Assembly (NCBI GenBank): GCA_025929315.1
Contig: JAICMI010000004.1
Location: 1-53,250, forward strand
Length of the DNA: 53,250 bases
Source of the DNA: Frankiaceae bacterium
Lineage (GTDB): Bacteria > Actinomycetota > Actinomycetes > JAFAQI01
Reading direction: 5' to 3'
Part shown: piece by piece, positions 9,204 to 18,747 of the stretch
Numbering within the stretch: the first letter of the stretch is position 1
Layout: each line of letters starts with the position of its first letter
Position numbers and translations under genes: made by a program
The notes under the pieces: generated by a model
The model's database searches: none
The model's input: only the letters and a program-made list of their open reading frames with translations
Told to the model about the DNA's origin: nothing

Positions 9204-10670
9204 ATGACTGCAGTCACTCCCTCTTACGACCAACTCTTCATCGGTGGCGAGTGGGTCGCCCCGTCCAGCGGCCAGCGCATCGAGGTGCGCTCCCCGGCGA
9301 CGCTCGAGGTCGTGGGCACCGTGCCGGAGGCGCTCGAGGCGGACGTCGACGCGGCCGTGGCTGCAGCCCGGCAGGCGTTCGACCGGGGACCGTGGCCACG
9401 CAAGTCCCCGCAGGAGCGCGCGGCCGTCATCGCCAAGTTCACCGAGCTGTTGACCGAGCGCATCGATGACGTCGTCGGCATCATCACCGACGAGATGGGC
9501 GCGCCCAACGCGACCGTGCAGATGATGATGTGGACGCCGGCACAGTCGGTGCTGTCCACCTACTCGGGCCTCGTCGACACGTTCCCGTGGGAGGAGACCC
9601 GGACGGGCCTGTTCGGCGAGTCGAAGGTACGACGCGAACCGGTCGGCGTCGTCGCCGCGATCATCCCGTGGAACGTCCCGTTGTTCATCGCGATCAACAA
9701 GCTCGTGCCCGCACTGCTCGCCGGCTGCACGGCGATCCTGAAGCCGGCCCCCGAGACACCCATCGACGCGCTGTGGCTGGGCGGGCTGTTCGCCGAGGCC
9801 GGGTTGCCCGAGGGCGTGCTCTCGGTGCTGCCCGCAGGCCGCGAGGTCAGCGAATATCTCGTGACGCATCCGGGTGTCGACAAGGTGTCGTTCACCGGCT
9901 CGACGGCTGCTGGTCGTCGGGTCGGCTCGCTCGCGACCGAGCGCCTCAAGCGGGTGTCGCTGGAGCTCGGCGGCAAGAGCGCCGCGATCGTGCTCGACGA
10001 CGTCGACATCAATGCGGCCGGCTTCATGCTCGCCTACTCCGGTCTGATGAACAGCGGTCAGGCATGCGTGGCGCAGACGCGCATCCTCGCGCCGCGGTCG
10101 CGCTACGACGAGGTGACCGAAACGCTCGTTGCCAACGCCTCGCTGATGACAGTGGGTGACCCGAAGGACCCGTCGACTCAGCTCGGCCCGCTGGTGGCTG
10201 AACGGCAGCGCGACCGCGTCGAGAGCTACATCGACAAGGGCAAGTCGGACGGCGCTCGGCTCGTGCTCGGCGGCGGCCGCCCGGCCGGACTCGACGTCGG
10301 CTGGTACGTCGAGCCCACGGTGTTCGCCGACGTCGACAACAAGATGACGATCGCGCAGGAGGAGATCTTCGGTCCGGTGCTGTCCGTCATTCCTTACGAC
10401 ACTGTCGAGCAGGCGGTCGACATCGCCAACGACAGTGACTACGGACTCGCCGGGTCGGTGTGGACGCAGGACGTCGACCGCGGCTACGAGATCGCCAAGC
10501 AGATTCGCACCGGCACCTATGGCATCAACTGGTACGCCTTCGACATGGGCTCGCCTTTCGGCGGGTTCAAGTGCTCCGGCATCGGTCGCGAAGACGGTCC
10601 TGAAGGTCTGTCGGCGTTCTGCGAGCTGAAGAGCGTCCTCATGCCGATGGGTTACTCGTCGACCTCGTGA
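9204..10670 (+). CDS. NAD-dependent aldehyde dehydrogenase
   Basis: IIPWNVP, FTGSTAAG, LELGGKS, GQACVAQTR catalytic Cys, EEIFGPV. Start taken at ATG 9204. Confidence 0.93.
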   Translation: MTAVTPSYDQLFIGGEWVAPSSGQRIEVRSPATLEVVGTVPEALEADVDAAVAAARQAFDRGPWPRKSPQERAAVIAKFTELLTERIDDVVGIITDEMGAPNATVQMMMWTPAQSVLSTYSGLVDTFPWEETRTGLFGESKVRREPVGVVAAIIPWNVPLFIAINKLVPALLAGCTAILKPAPETPIDALWLGGLFAEAGLPEGVLSVLPAGREVSEYLVTHPGVDKVSFTGSTAAGRRVGSLATERLKRVSLELGGKSAAIVLDDVDINAAGFMLAYSGLMNSGQACVAQTRILAPRSRYDEVTETLVANASLMTVGDPKDPSTQLGPLVAERQRDRVESYIDKGKSDGARLVLGGGRPAGLDVGWYVEPTVFADVDNKMTIAQEEIFGPVLSVIPYDTVEQAVDIANDSDYGLAGSVWTQDVDRGYEIAKQIRTGTYGINWYAFDMGSPFGGFKCSGIGREDGPEGLSAFCELKSVLMPMGYSSTS

Positions 10671-10676
10671 GTCCGC

Positions 10677-11585
10677 TCAGCTGGCAACGAGCTCGTTGAG
10701 CTGACCTTCGCGCCCGAACAACGCCTGCCGCCACTCCGCGATGAGCGCGGTCGTGTCACGGTCGTTGGGGTGGAACCCCGGCCGGTGGTACTCGGCCAGG
10801 ATGCGCAGGGCCCGCATGGACACAAACGGAGACCTGCGTAGCCGAGCAAAGCTCTTGGCCAGCTTCAGCGGATGCCGACGGGCGTCGGGGTCCTTCGCGA
10901 CCGAGATCACGCCCATGACCCCTGTCTCGAAGATGAACAGCAGGTCCGTCAAGAACATGACGAAGATGCGCATGAGCTCGCCGCCACCCACGGCCTTGTA
11001 GACGTCGTAGGCCACCGCCTTGTGCTCGGACTCCTCGAGCGCATGCCAGGTGAGGATGTCGCGCGCTCCCGGCTGTCCGACCGCTGCTCGTGCGTCGTCG
11101 TCCGTGAGCAGCAGCTCGGCGAGCGTGGCCGTGTAGTGCTCGAGAGCCGCGGTGAACGCGAGGTTGACCTTCTTGCTCTGCATGCGCTCACGCACCCAGT
11201 AGAGGCCACGCACGTAGGCGTTGATGCCGCGTGTCGGATACCCGTGCTCGGCAAGGCGGTCGTTGAGCACCAGGTGCTCCCGCCCGTGCATCTGCTCCTG
11301 ACCTATGAACCCGTCGATGTCCGCTCGCAGCTGCGGATCCGTGATCTCGTCGCGGACCGCGGCGACCGATCGGACGAAGAACTTCTCACCTTCGGGAAAG
11401 GTCGAGGACAGCACACTGAGCACGTGGCTCATCACGATGTCGCCGTCGGCGGCGAAATACTTCGGCAGATCGGCGACGTAGCGCTCGAAGTCCATCCGTC
11501 GCACCGGGACGGTCGCGGAGCCCGTCCCGGCCTCGTATTCGTCGATCCAACGAGAGTGGCGCGGAACAGTCGTAGTCGTCGTCAC
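10677..11585 (-). CDS. Predicted metal-dependent hydrolase (ferritin-like di-metal family, PF10118-like)
   Basis: FPEGEKFF, QEQMHGREH, LEHYTA and WHALEESEHK metal-ligand motifs. Start uncertain. Confidence 0.8.
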   Translation of the reverse strand: MTTTTTVPRHSRWIDEYEAGTGSATVPVRRMDFERYVADLPKYFAADGDIVMSHVLSVLSSTFPEGEKFFVRSVAAVRDEITDPQLRADIDGFIGQEQMHGREHLVLNDRLAEHGYPTRGINAYVRGLYWVRERMQSKKVNLAFTAALEHYTATLAELLLTDDDARAAVGQPGARDILTWHALEESEHKAVAYDVYKAVGGGELMRIFVMFLTDLLFIFETGVMGVISVAKDPDARRHPLKLAKSFARLRRSPFVSMRALRILAEYHRPGFHPNDRDTTALIAEWRQALFGREGQLNELVAS

Positions 11586-11638
11586 CCTAGGGAGGTTCCC
11601 GACCTCTGGCGGGCCACACACGTTATCTTCCGTCGTCG

Positions 11639-13102
11639 ATGACAGAGTTGATCGCTCGAGTGCTGGACCGGCCGCTCCGGGAGCGGCCGGATGCCGAGGC
11701 TGTGGTCGGCCGGTCCGGCCGGCTCAGCTACCGCGAGCTCGACGTCGCGGCTGATCGCGCCGCGGGCGCGTTCGCGTCGTTCGGGCTGGCCACCGGTGAC
11801 CACGTCGCAGTCAGCCTCCCGAACGACATCGACGTCGTCGTCGCCTTCCACGGTGCGATGCGTCTCGGTCTCGTCTGGATCGGCCTCAACACGGCGCTTG
11901 CGGCGCCGGAGAAGGCGCACATCATCGCTGACAGCGGAGCCCGGTTCGTGCTCGACGACACCGTCGACTGGATGGCAGCGATGAAGGCCGCCTCGCCGAC
12001 GACAGCGGTCGACGTCGATCCGCATGCCCCTGCCGGCATTGCCTACACGAGCGGCACGACCGGGCTGCCACGTGGCGTCGTACACAGTCAACACAACCTG
12101 CTGCTTCCGGGCGAGGTCCTGGTCAGGACCCGCGGGTACGACGAGGCGTTGCGCAAAGGCGACTGCCTCCCCCTGACGATCCTCAACCTCATGGTGCTGA
12201 CGACGTTGCTCACCGCGCAGGCGGGTGGATGCTGCGTCGTCATGGACCGTCGTGATGCGGACGGCGTGCTCGACTGGATTCGCGACGAGCGGGTGACGGT
12301 CTGGAACGGTGTCCCGACCCAGCTCTTCGATCTCGCGCGCAAGCACGCGCATCGACGTGAGGACCTGGCGACGCTCACCGAGGTGTGGAGCGGCGGCGGC
12401 GACTGTTCGGATGCGCTGCGCCGGGAGTTCCACGAGGCGTTCGGGCTGCCGGTGCGGGCTACCTACGGCCTCACCGAGGCGCCGACGGTTGTCGCGATCG
12501 ATCCCGTCGGGGACGAGTGGCGGCCGGGCGCGAGTGGCCAGTCGCTTCCGCACCTGTTGGTCTCTGCGGCCGACGTGGACGGTGAGCTCGGCGAAGTCAG
12601 CGAGCTCGGCGAAGTCAGCGAGCTCGGCGAAATCAGTGTCGGGGCGGCGACGTCGGGCGAGTGGGCCGGAGCATGGACGCCGATGCTCGGCGAGTGGATG
12701 AACGGCGAGCTGCGCCCGAACGCCGACCCGGTCCTGCGCACCGGCGATCTGGGCACGGTGAGCGACGGATGGGTGAGCATTCGCGACCGGCGCAAGCTCG
12801 TCGTGGTCCGCGGCGGCGCCAACATCTATCCGGCCGAGGTGGAGCGGGTCCTGCTGTCGGTGCCCGGCGTCGCGGCGGCCGCGGCTTTCGGGCTGCCGAG
12901 CGAGCGACTCGGCGAGCAGCTGGCTGCTGCAGTCCAGCCGGCACCGGGCGCAACCGTGACCATCGACCAGCTCGAGGCGGTGTGCCGTGCGCAGCTGTCG
13001 CGCTACAAGGTGCCGGAGCGATGGGTGGTCGTCGACGCGTTGCCCGTCAACGCGATGGGCAAGGTCATCCGCGCTGAGCTGCCCGGTTTGCTCACACCGT
13101 GA
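11639..13102 (+). CDS. Class I adenylate-forming enzyme / acyl-CoA synthetase
   Basis: YTSGTTGLPRG, YGLTE, RTGDLG, RGGANIYPAEVE and MGKV motifs. Confidence 0.88.
   Translation: MTELIARVLDRPLRERPDAEAVVGRSGRLSYRELDVAADRAAGAFASFGLATGDHVAVSLPNDIDVVVAFHGAMRLGLVWIGLNTALAAPEKAHIIADSGARFVLDDTVDWMAAMKAASPTTAVDVDPHAPAGIAYTSGTTGLPRGVVHSQHNLLLPGEVLVRTRGYDEALRKGDCLPLTILNLMVLTTLLTAQAGGCCVVMDRRDADGVLDWIRDERVTVWNGVPTQLFDLARKHAHRREDLATLTEVWSGGGDCSDALRREFHEAFGLPVRATYGLTEAPTVVAIDPVGDEWRPGASGQSLPHLLVSAADVDGELGEVSELGEVSELGEISVGAATSGEWAGAWTPMLGEWMNGELRPNADPVLRTGDLGTVSDGWVSIRDRRKLVVVRGGANIYPAEVERVLLSVPGVAAAAAFGLPSERLGEQLAAAVQPAPGATVTIDQLEAVCRAQLSRYKVPERWVVVDALPVNAMGKVIRAELPGLLTP
12584..12637 (+). repeat. In-frame 18-bp tandem repeat x3 (ELGEVS ELGEVS ELGEIS)
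   Basis: GAGCTCGGCGAAGTCAGC twice, then GAGCTCGGCGAAATCAGT. Confidence 0.9.
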
Positions 13103-14135
13103 GTCGATGCTCCGGTGGGGCAGCGATCCCGTCGGCCGTGATGCCGGCAGCGTCCGCGAGGTCGCCGAGCAGCTGACGCCGCGTCCGCGGAACAGTCGGG
13201 TCCGCGATCGCGCGCGCAGACCACAGGTGCAGAGGACTGTCCAGCACGAACCCCATCCCGCCGTGCAGCTGGTGGGCGACCAGAGTCGCGGTGCGGAACG
13301 TCTCTGCTGCGGACAACGCAGCGATGTCGGCAAGCCGCCGGATCTCCGCCGCCGGCCGGCCGGCGGCGACGGCCCAGGCTGCTTGGGCAACCGCGAGCTC
13401 CGTTGCGTCGTGGTTGGTCGCGACGTCGGCCAGCTGGTGCTGGACCGCCTGGAACGTGCCGATCGCCCGACCGAACTGCTCGCGCGTCTTCACGTGCTCG
13501 ATGGTCCGGTCGAGCACCGCACGAGCACCGCCGAGCTGGCGCGCCGCAGCCAGAACTGCGGCCTCGGCGCGGAAGAGCTCGAGTCCGTCGGCGTCGATGG
13601 CGAGTCGTTCCTGAGCTGACGCCAGGTCGCCGGCGAACGTCCAGGCAGCGATGTCGCAACCGGTCGCTTCCTCTGACCATTGCACCGCCGCACCGGGCAG
13701 TACGACGACCGCGGAACCGTCGACGACGAGCACGTCGGTGACGTCGGGTCCGGCCGCGACACGGTATGCGCCCTGGACAACGGTTGCGGTTCGCGTGCCG
13801 TCGGCCAGAGCGGCGAGCAGCCCGTCGCGGCCGGCGCCGGAGCTACGCAGGAGCAGCCGGCCGGCCACTGTGATCGCCGTGAGCACCGGACCGGCGAGAC
13901 CGCGGCCGAGCTCCTCGTGCGCGGCTACCAGGTCGGCGAAGGTGCCGGCACCGCCGCTCTGCTCGGGCAGGCCCAGGCCAGGGATGCCGACCGCCAGACC
14001 GTCGGCCAGATCTCGGGCGGCATCGTGTGTCGGCGGTTCGGGCAGCGCGGCGACGAGCGCATCGATGCGCCGGTCGAACAACCGCCGCAGCGCGGCGCGG
14101 AGCTGTTGCTGCTCCTCGCTCGGGCGAAGATCCAC
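13092..14135 (-). CDS. Acyl-CoA dehydrogenase, short non-catalytic subunit (FadE27/FadE28-like)
   Basis: MDLRPSEEQQQL; KTREQFGRAIGTFQAVQHQLAD; QLHGGMGF. 347 aa, lacking the EPDAGSD FAD motif. Confidence 0.8.
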   Translation of the reverse strand: MDLRPSEEQQQLRAALRRLFDRRIDALVAALPEPPTHDAARDLADGLAVGIPGLGLPEQSGGAGTFADLVAAHEELGRGLAGPVLTAITVAGRLLLRSSGAGRDGLLAALADGTRTATVVQGAYRVAAGPDVTDVLVVDGSAVVVLPGAAVQWSEEATGCDIAAWTFAGDLASAQERLAIDADGLELFRAEAAVLAAARQLGGARAVLDRTIEHVKTREQFGRAIGTFQAVQHQLADVATNHDATELAVAQAAWAVAAGRPAAEIRRLADIAALSAAETFRTATLVAHQLHGGMGFVLDSPLHLWSARAIADPTVPRTRRQLLGDLADAAGITADGIAAPPEHRLTV

Positions 14136-14139
14136 GCGG

Positions 14140-15084
14140 TCAGGCTTGCCCGGACGACGGCACGGCCGCGGCCATCAGCTGCTGGAAGTCGTGCGATGAC
14201 ATGCCCTCGGCCGGAAGTCGGCCATCATCCCCGATTGTCAGGGCGGGATGACCGTCCAGCTTCGCGGCCAGATCGTCGATGCTCCACCGGTCGTCACCTT
14301 CGAGCAGCGGGGTCGTGGTCCAGCCGTTGAAGGCGGCAACCTGCGCACCGACGACGTGGAACACCGCACCGGTGACTGCGCAGTCAGCACTGGCGAGATA
14401 GCCGACCAGCGGCGAGACATTGCCGGGATGCCACGCGTCGAAGCCCGACTCGGGCGCGGCGAACATGTCGCCGAGACCCGGCGTGGCCGCGGTCATCTGC
14501 GTGCGCGCAAGCGGCGCGATCGCGTTGGCGCGGACACCGTAACGACCGAGCTCCTTGGCCGCGACGAGTGTGAGGGCGACGATGCCTGCTTTGGCGCTCG
14601 AGTAGTTGGCCTGGCCGGGGTTGTTGAGGATGCCCGCACCCGAGGTCGTACTGATGATGCTGGCGGTGACGGTGTTGCCCGCCTTCTGCTGGCCACGCCA
14701 GTGCACGGCAGCCCAGTGGATGGTGGCAGCGTGACCCTTGAGATGGACGCCCACGACGCTGTCCCAGGCATCTTCGGTGAGGTTGACGATCATGCCGTCG
14801 CGCACAATGCCCGCGTTGTTGACCAGCACGTGCAGGTCGCCGTAGGTCTGCACCGCCGTGTCGATCAGGCTCTGCGCGCCCTCCCAGCTCGTCACGTCGG
14901 CAGGGCAGGCGACCGCCGTGCCGCCGGTCGCGGCGATGTCGTCCACGACGCCTTGGGCCGCATCCGCGGACACGTCGTTGACCACGACTGCCGCGCCCTG
15001 GGCCGCGAGCAGCAGCGCATGTTCGCGTCCGAGTCCGGCTCCTGCGCCGGTCACGATCGCCGTCCGCCCGTCAAGCGTGGCCAT
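14140..15084 (-). CDS. SDR, 3-oxoacyl/hydroxyacyl-CoA dehydrogenase-like
   Basis: TGAGAGLG, NNAGIVRD, GQANYSSAK, and an extended C-terminus. Confidence 0.9.
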   Translation of the reverse strand: MATLDGRTAIVTGAGAGLGREHALLLAAQGAAVVVNDVSADAAQGVVDDIAATGGTAVACPADVTSWEGAQSLIDTAVQTYGDLHVLVNNAGIVRDGMIVNLTEDAWDSVVGVHLKGHAATIHWAAVHWRGQQKAGNTVTASIISTTSGAGILNNPGQANYSSAKAGIVALTLVAAKELGRYGVRANAIAPLARTQMTAATPGLGDMFAAPESGFDAWHPGNVSPLVGYLASADCAVTGAVFHVVGAQVAAFNGWTTTPLLEGDDRWSIDDLAAKLDGHPALTIGDDGRLPAEGMSSHDFQQLMAAAVPSSGQA

Positions 15085-15104
15085 CAACGAGGTCCCTTCC
15101 GCTG

Positions 15105-15122
15105 TCTTCTAAAAGATAATAT
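15105..15122. promoter_or_regulatory. Shared motif copy 1 (TCTTCTAAAAGATAATAT) overlapping divergent -10 boxes
   Basis: 17 of 18 nt identical to 25312-25329. TAATAT on the plus strand and TATCTT on the minus strand. Confidence 0.7.
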
Positions 15123-15164
15123 TCTCGACATTGTTAGCGTCGCTACACCGGTACGGAGGCCCAG

Positions 15165-15956
15165 TTGCCGACCCCAGCGCCCGGTCGACGCTCTGTGCTC
15201 ATCGCCGGAGCGATGCTGCCGGTCGTCCGCTATCTGCCGGCGCCGGCGCTCGCCTCGAGCAGCGGCGCGCCTGGTGCCGTGACGGCCTACCGGTTCCTGA
15301 CGGCGCACCAGGCGGCGACCGTCATCGAGGCAACTGCGCGCCTTGTCCCGGGGCCGCAGGACGACCCGCTCGAGGCCGGTCACCCCGGCGCACGCGAAGC
15401 AGGAGTCGTGCACTTCATCGACCGGTTGCTGTCGGCGTTCGAGGAGTCCCCGCCGGCGATTTTCGCCGGTGCCCCGTGGAGCAACCGGCACACGTCGGGC
15501 CCGGATCACATGAAGAAGTTCCTGCCCCTGGTCGAGCGGCAGGACAAGGCCTGGCACGAGCGCCTCAAGCAGCTGCGCAAGCAGGTTGCCGACGCCGTCG
15601 TCAAGCTCGACAAGGCGGCGGCCGCCGACGGTTACAAGGACTTCGTCGCTGCGCCGATGAGCGAGCAGGACAAGCTGCTGACCGACCTCGCCGACGTCCG
15701 CGACGTGCTGTTCAGCCTGACGATCGATGCGATGTACTCGGTGCCGGAGTACGGCGGCAACCACAAGCTCGCGGGGTGGCATGAGATCGGCTGGCCGGGC
15801 GACATCCAGCCGGTGGGCTACACCAAGGCGCAGGTCGAGAGGGACGACGGTCCGGACCCGGTCGGGACCAACGATCTTCCCGCTGTGCAGGAGCTGATCG
15901 ACGCGCTGCCGATCCTGACGCGCGCCCGCGCGGCTCGGAGCTCGACCGGTGGCTGA
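15165..15956 (+). CDS. Gluconate 2-dehydrogenase subunit-3-like (Tat-exported GMC partner)
   Basis: GRRSVL twin-Arg signal; PGAREAGVVHFIDRLL; YGGNHKLAGWHEIGWPG; GGAGG RBS before the TTG start. Confidence 0.85.
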   Translation: MPTPAPGRRSVLIAGAMLPVVRYLPAPALASSSGAPGAVTAYRFLTAHQAATVIEATARLVPGPQDDPLEAGHPGAREAGVVHFIDRLLSAFEESPPAIFAGAPWSNRHTSGPDHMKKFLPLVERQDKAWHERLKQLRKQVADAVVKLDKAAAADGYKDFVAAPMSEQDKLLTDLADVRDVLFSLTIDAMYSVPEYGGNHKLAGWHEIGWPGDIQPVGYTKAQVERDDGPDPVGTNDLPAVQELIDALPILTRARAARSSTGG

Positions 15957-17640
15957 CCGCGCAGTCGTTGTCGGCAGCGGCGCGGGAGCGAGCGTCGTAT
16001 GTCTCGAGCTCGCGCGCGCCGGCTGGGACGTCGTTGTGCTCGAGCGCGGTCCGGCCTACTCGCGTCACCCGGACAAGCCGTCGCACCGCTTCTCCAACGA
16101 CGAGCTCAAGGCCAACCGCTACTTCGAGATGCCCGACCCGCTGACCGAACCGCGTGCGTTCCGGGCAAGTCCGAGCGACAAGGACACGGTCGGCGAGGTC
16201 AACCAGCTCGCTGCCGTCGTGGGCGGTGGCACGGTGCACTGGGACGCCAAGGTGCCGCGGTTCTGGAACATCGACTTCAAGAAGAAGTCGTTGCTCGGCG
16301 CCTATCCCGGCACCGACGTGTGCGACTGGCCGTTCTCCTACGACGACATCGCGCCGTTCTACAAACGCGTCGAACATCTGCTCGGCGTGCAGGGTCCGGC
16401 CACGCTGCCGTCGGCGCCGACCCTGAAGCACGCTCCGGGCAAGCGCGGTTACGACATGCCGCCCGGGCCGCAGCAGTTCTCGTCGATGACGATCGCGTCA
16501 GGCTGCACGGCGGTCGGCATGCATCCCTATGCCTTCCCGATGGCCGCCAACTCCAGGGAGCACGACGGGCGACCGGCGTGCAACGACTGTGGCCAGTGCA
16601 GTGGCTACGGCTGTCCGAACAATGCGCGCATCGGCGCGCTGGCGGTGCTCGACGAGGCTTGCGAGACCGGTCGCGTGAAGATCCGCCCGCAGACGTTCGC
16701 GCATCGGGTCCGGCTCGACGGACGCAAGGCCAAACGGGTCGAGTGGATCGGACTGGGCGGTCGTCGCGGCAGTGATCGCGCAGATCTCGTCGTACTTGCT
16801 GCTTCTGCCATCGAGACGTCGCGCCTTGCCCTGCTGTCCGATCTGCCCGACCCGCACGACCGCATCGGCCGGGACATGATGTTCCACAACTTCGTCGACG
16901 GCTTCGGCATCTTCCTGGACCGGCGCATGCACGCCTATCGCGGGCGATCGACCACACAGTGCTGTGAGGACCTCGCTGACCCGGACTACCCGGGCATGCG
17001 CGAGGCAGCGCAAGCAGCGGGCCTGCCCTATGTGCGCGGTGGCATCATGGAGCTCGGCGGCTCGCAGGACCCCATCGCCGAAGCCAACATCTATCGCTTC
17101 CTGCTCGAGACGATCCACTCCGCCGACCAGACCGGTCAAGCAACGCCGCCGTTCGGCACCAGGTTCAAGGCGTTGATGCGGTCGAGCCCGCTGCGTGACC
17201 GGCTCGCGGGCGTGTCGATGGTCGGCGAGGACCTGCCCTACGCGACCAACCGCGTTGATCTGGCCGGGGTCAAGGACTACCGCGGTGTCCCCGTCGCGCG
17301 GCTGACCTACTCACCCGGTCAGCATGAGCAGGTGGCGGTGGCGTTCTGCGCCTCGCAGATCACTGCGCTGATGAAGGCAGCCGGTGCGACAGTGTCGGCG
17401 GCGGTGCCGGAGTCGCTCGGCAACATGACGGCAATCCCGCACGGCGCACACATCATGGGCGGGATGCGCATGGGCGCCGACCCCAAGACGAGCGTCACCG
17501 GCAAGCACGGCATGGTGCATCACTTGGACAACGTGCTGGTCGCCGACGGGTCCGTGTTCCCGACGTCCGGTGCTCAGAACCCGACGCTCACGATCATGGC
17601 GACCGCTCTCAGGAACGTGACGGCCCTACTGCACGGCTAG
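15949..17640 (+). CDS. GMC family FAD oxidoreductase (catalytic subunit)
   Basis: VVVGSGAGA, VGGGTVHW, Cys cluster CNDCGQCSGYGCP, AHIMGGMRMG, FPTSGAQNPTLT. Confidence 0.9.
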   Translation: MADRAVVVGSGAGASVVCLELARAGWDVVVLERGPAYSRHPDKPSHRFSNDELKANRYFEMPDPLTEPRAFRASPSDKDTVGEVNQLAAVVGGGTVHWDAKVPRFWNIDFKKKSLLGAYPGTDVCDWPFSYDDIAPFYKRVEHLLGVQGPATLPSAPTLKHAPGKRGYDMPPGPQQFSSMTIASGCTAVGMHPYAFPMAANSREHDGRPACNDCGQCSGYGCPNNARIGALAVLDEACETGRVKIRPQTFAHRVRLDGRKAKRVEWIGLGGRRGSDRADLVVLAASAIETSRLALLSDLPDPHDRIGRDMMFHNFVDGFGIFLDRRMHAYRGRSTTQCCEDLADPDYPGMREAAQAAGLPYVRGGIMELGGSQDPIAEANIYRFLLETIHSADQTGQATPPFGTRFKALMRSSPLRDRLAGVSMVGEDLPYATNRVDLAGVKDYRGVPVARLTYSPGQHEQVAVAFCASQITALMKAAGATVSAAVPESLGNMTAIPHGAHIMGGMRMGADPKTSVTGKHGMVHHLDNVLVADGSVFPTSGAQNPTLTIMATALRNVTALLHG

Positions 17641-18462
17641 GCGGGCTCGGGCGGCGCGAAGATGCGGGCCCTCGCGGTAGGACCGCGGCGCGAGTGCGGT
17701 GCCGGCGCGCAGCGCGCGAACACCCGCCGCAGCCGCGACTCCGGTCAGGGGCGGCGCGACGACGCCGTACATCCGCCGCGCCCACGACGGCAGCAGTCCG
17801 AGCGCAAGTCCCGCACCGGCCGCCCACGCCGGACGGGCCGGGGTCGCCCAGCGGACCCACCGCGGCATGGGTGGGGCGAGGACGTAGCGAGCCAGCTCGC
17901 GCGTGCGCCCGTCGGCGGTGAGGTCGGCACGAATCGTCGCGAAGTAGTCCGCCATCTCCGCGTTCGTGGCGGGCACGGTGTCCGGATCCAGTCCGACGAC
18001 GACCGCCGCGCGCGTCTGCTCGGCGTAGTAGCAGTCGATCTCCTCCGTGCTGAGCCGGCCGCCGGCGCGTTGGTAGGTCGTCAGGAACGACTCCACCTCG
18101 CTGCAGTGCACCCATCGCAGCAACGTCGGGTCGTCCGCTCGGTAGCGCACGCCGGACTCCGGGTCGACGCCCCGCACCTTGCCGTGGATGGCGCGGACGC
18201 GCGCTCCGATCGCGTCGACCTCGGCCGTGCTGCCGAACGACACCACGCCGACGTAGTCGGCCGTCCGGAGCAGCCGGCCCCAGGGATCGGCGCGGAAGTC
18301 GGAGTGGCGCAGCACGCCGGCCATCGCCGCCGGATGCAGTGCCTGGAGCAGCAGCGCCCGCAGTCCGGCGATCCACATCACGGGATCGGCGTGGACGCGC
18401 CACGTGACGCTGTCGGGACCGAACAGACCGGGGTCCGCTTCGGGGCGCGACGTCGTTGTCAT
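17626..18462 (-). CDS. Oxygenase MpaB / DUF2236 family protein
   Basis: GLFGPDSVTWRVHAD, LLLQALHP, Y.ADDP.LL.WVH motifs. Confidence 0.85.
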   Translation of the reverse strand: MTTTSRPEADPGLFGPDSVTWRVHADPVMWIAGLRALLLQALHPAAMAGVLRHSDFRADPWGRLLRTADYVGVVSFGSTAEVDAIGARVRAIHGKVRGVDPESGVRYRADDPTLLRWVHCSEVESFLTTYQRAGGRLSTEEIDCYYAEQTRAAVVVGLDPDTVPATNAEMADYFATIRADLTADGRTRELARYVLAPPMPRWVRWATPARPAWAAGAGLALGLLPSWARRMYGVVAPPLTGVAAAAGVRALRAGTALAPRSYREGPHLRAARARLAVQ

Positions 18463-18473
18463 CTCTGCCAGGG

Positions 18474-18731
18474 TCACACGTCGGCCGGTCGTCTGCTGCG
18501 CAGGGCCATGGCGGTACGACGGGCGAGGACGAGCCAGCACAGGAAGGCGACCGCCGACAGCAGCGCGGGGAGCCAGTGGCCGAGCAAGGTCGAGGCGGCT
18601 ATCGCGCACCCGAATGCAAGAAGATTCGCGACGGCGTCGTAGACCGGCGCCACGAACCGTCGGTTGATGACGTGCGAGACCGCAATCACCAGCCCGCAGG
18701 CGAACGTGACCGAGAGGAGAAAGCTCACCAC
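18474..18731 (-). CDS. Small hypothetical membrane protein (85 aa)
   Basis: Three hydrophobic helices; GAGGGGAG RBS-like sequence before the GTG at 18731; sits in operon position. Confidence 0.55.
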   Translation of the reverse strand: MVSFLLSVTFACGLVIAVSHVINRRFVAPVYDAVANLLAFGCAIAASTLLGHWLPALLSAVAFLCWLVLARRTAMALRSRRPADV

Positions 18732-18747
18732 AGCGGCAAGTCTCCCC

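Noticed and set aside
12584-12637. CRISPR array
   Set aside because: Directly abutting 18-bp in-frame coding repeats with no spacers and no cas genes.
3721-14135. KstR-regulated cholesterol cluster
   Set aside because: FadD19/FadE-like genes are present, but I saw no KstR or KstR2 boxes in the intergenic regions and no kstD, ksh or hsa ring-degradation genes.
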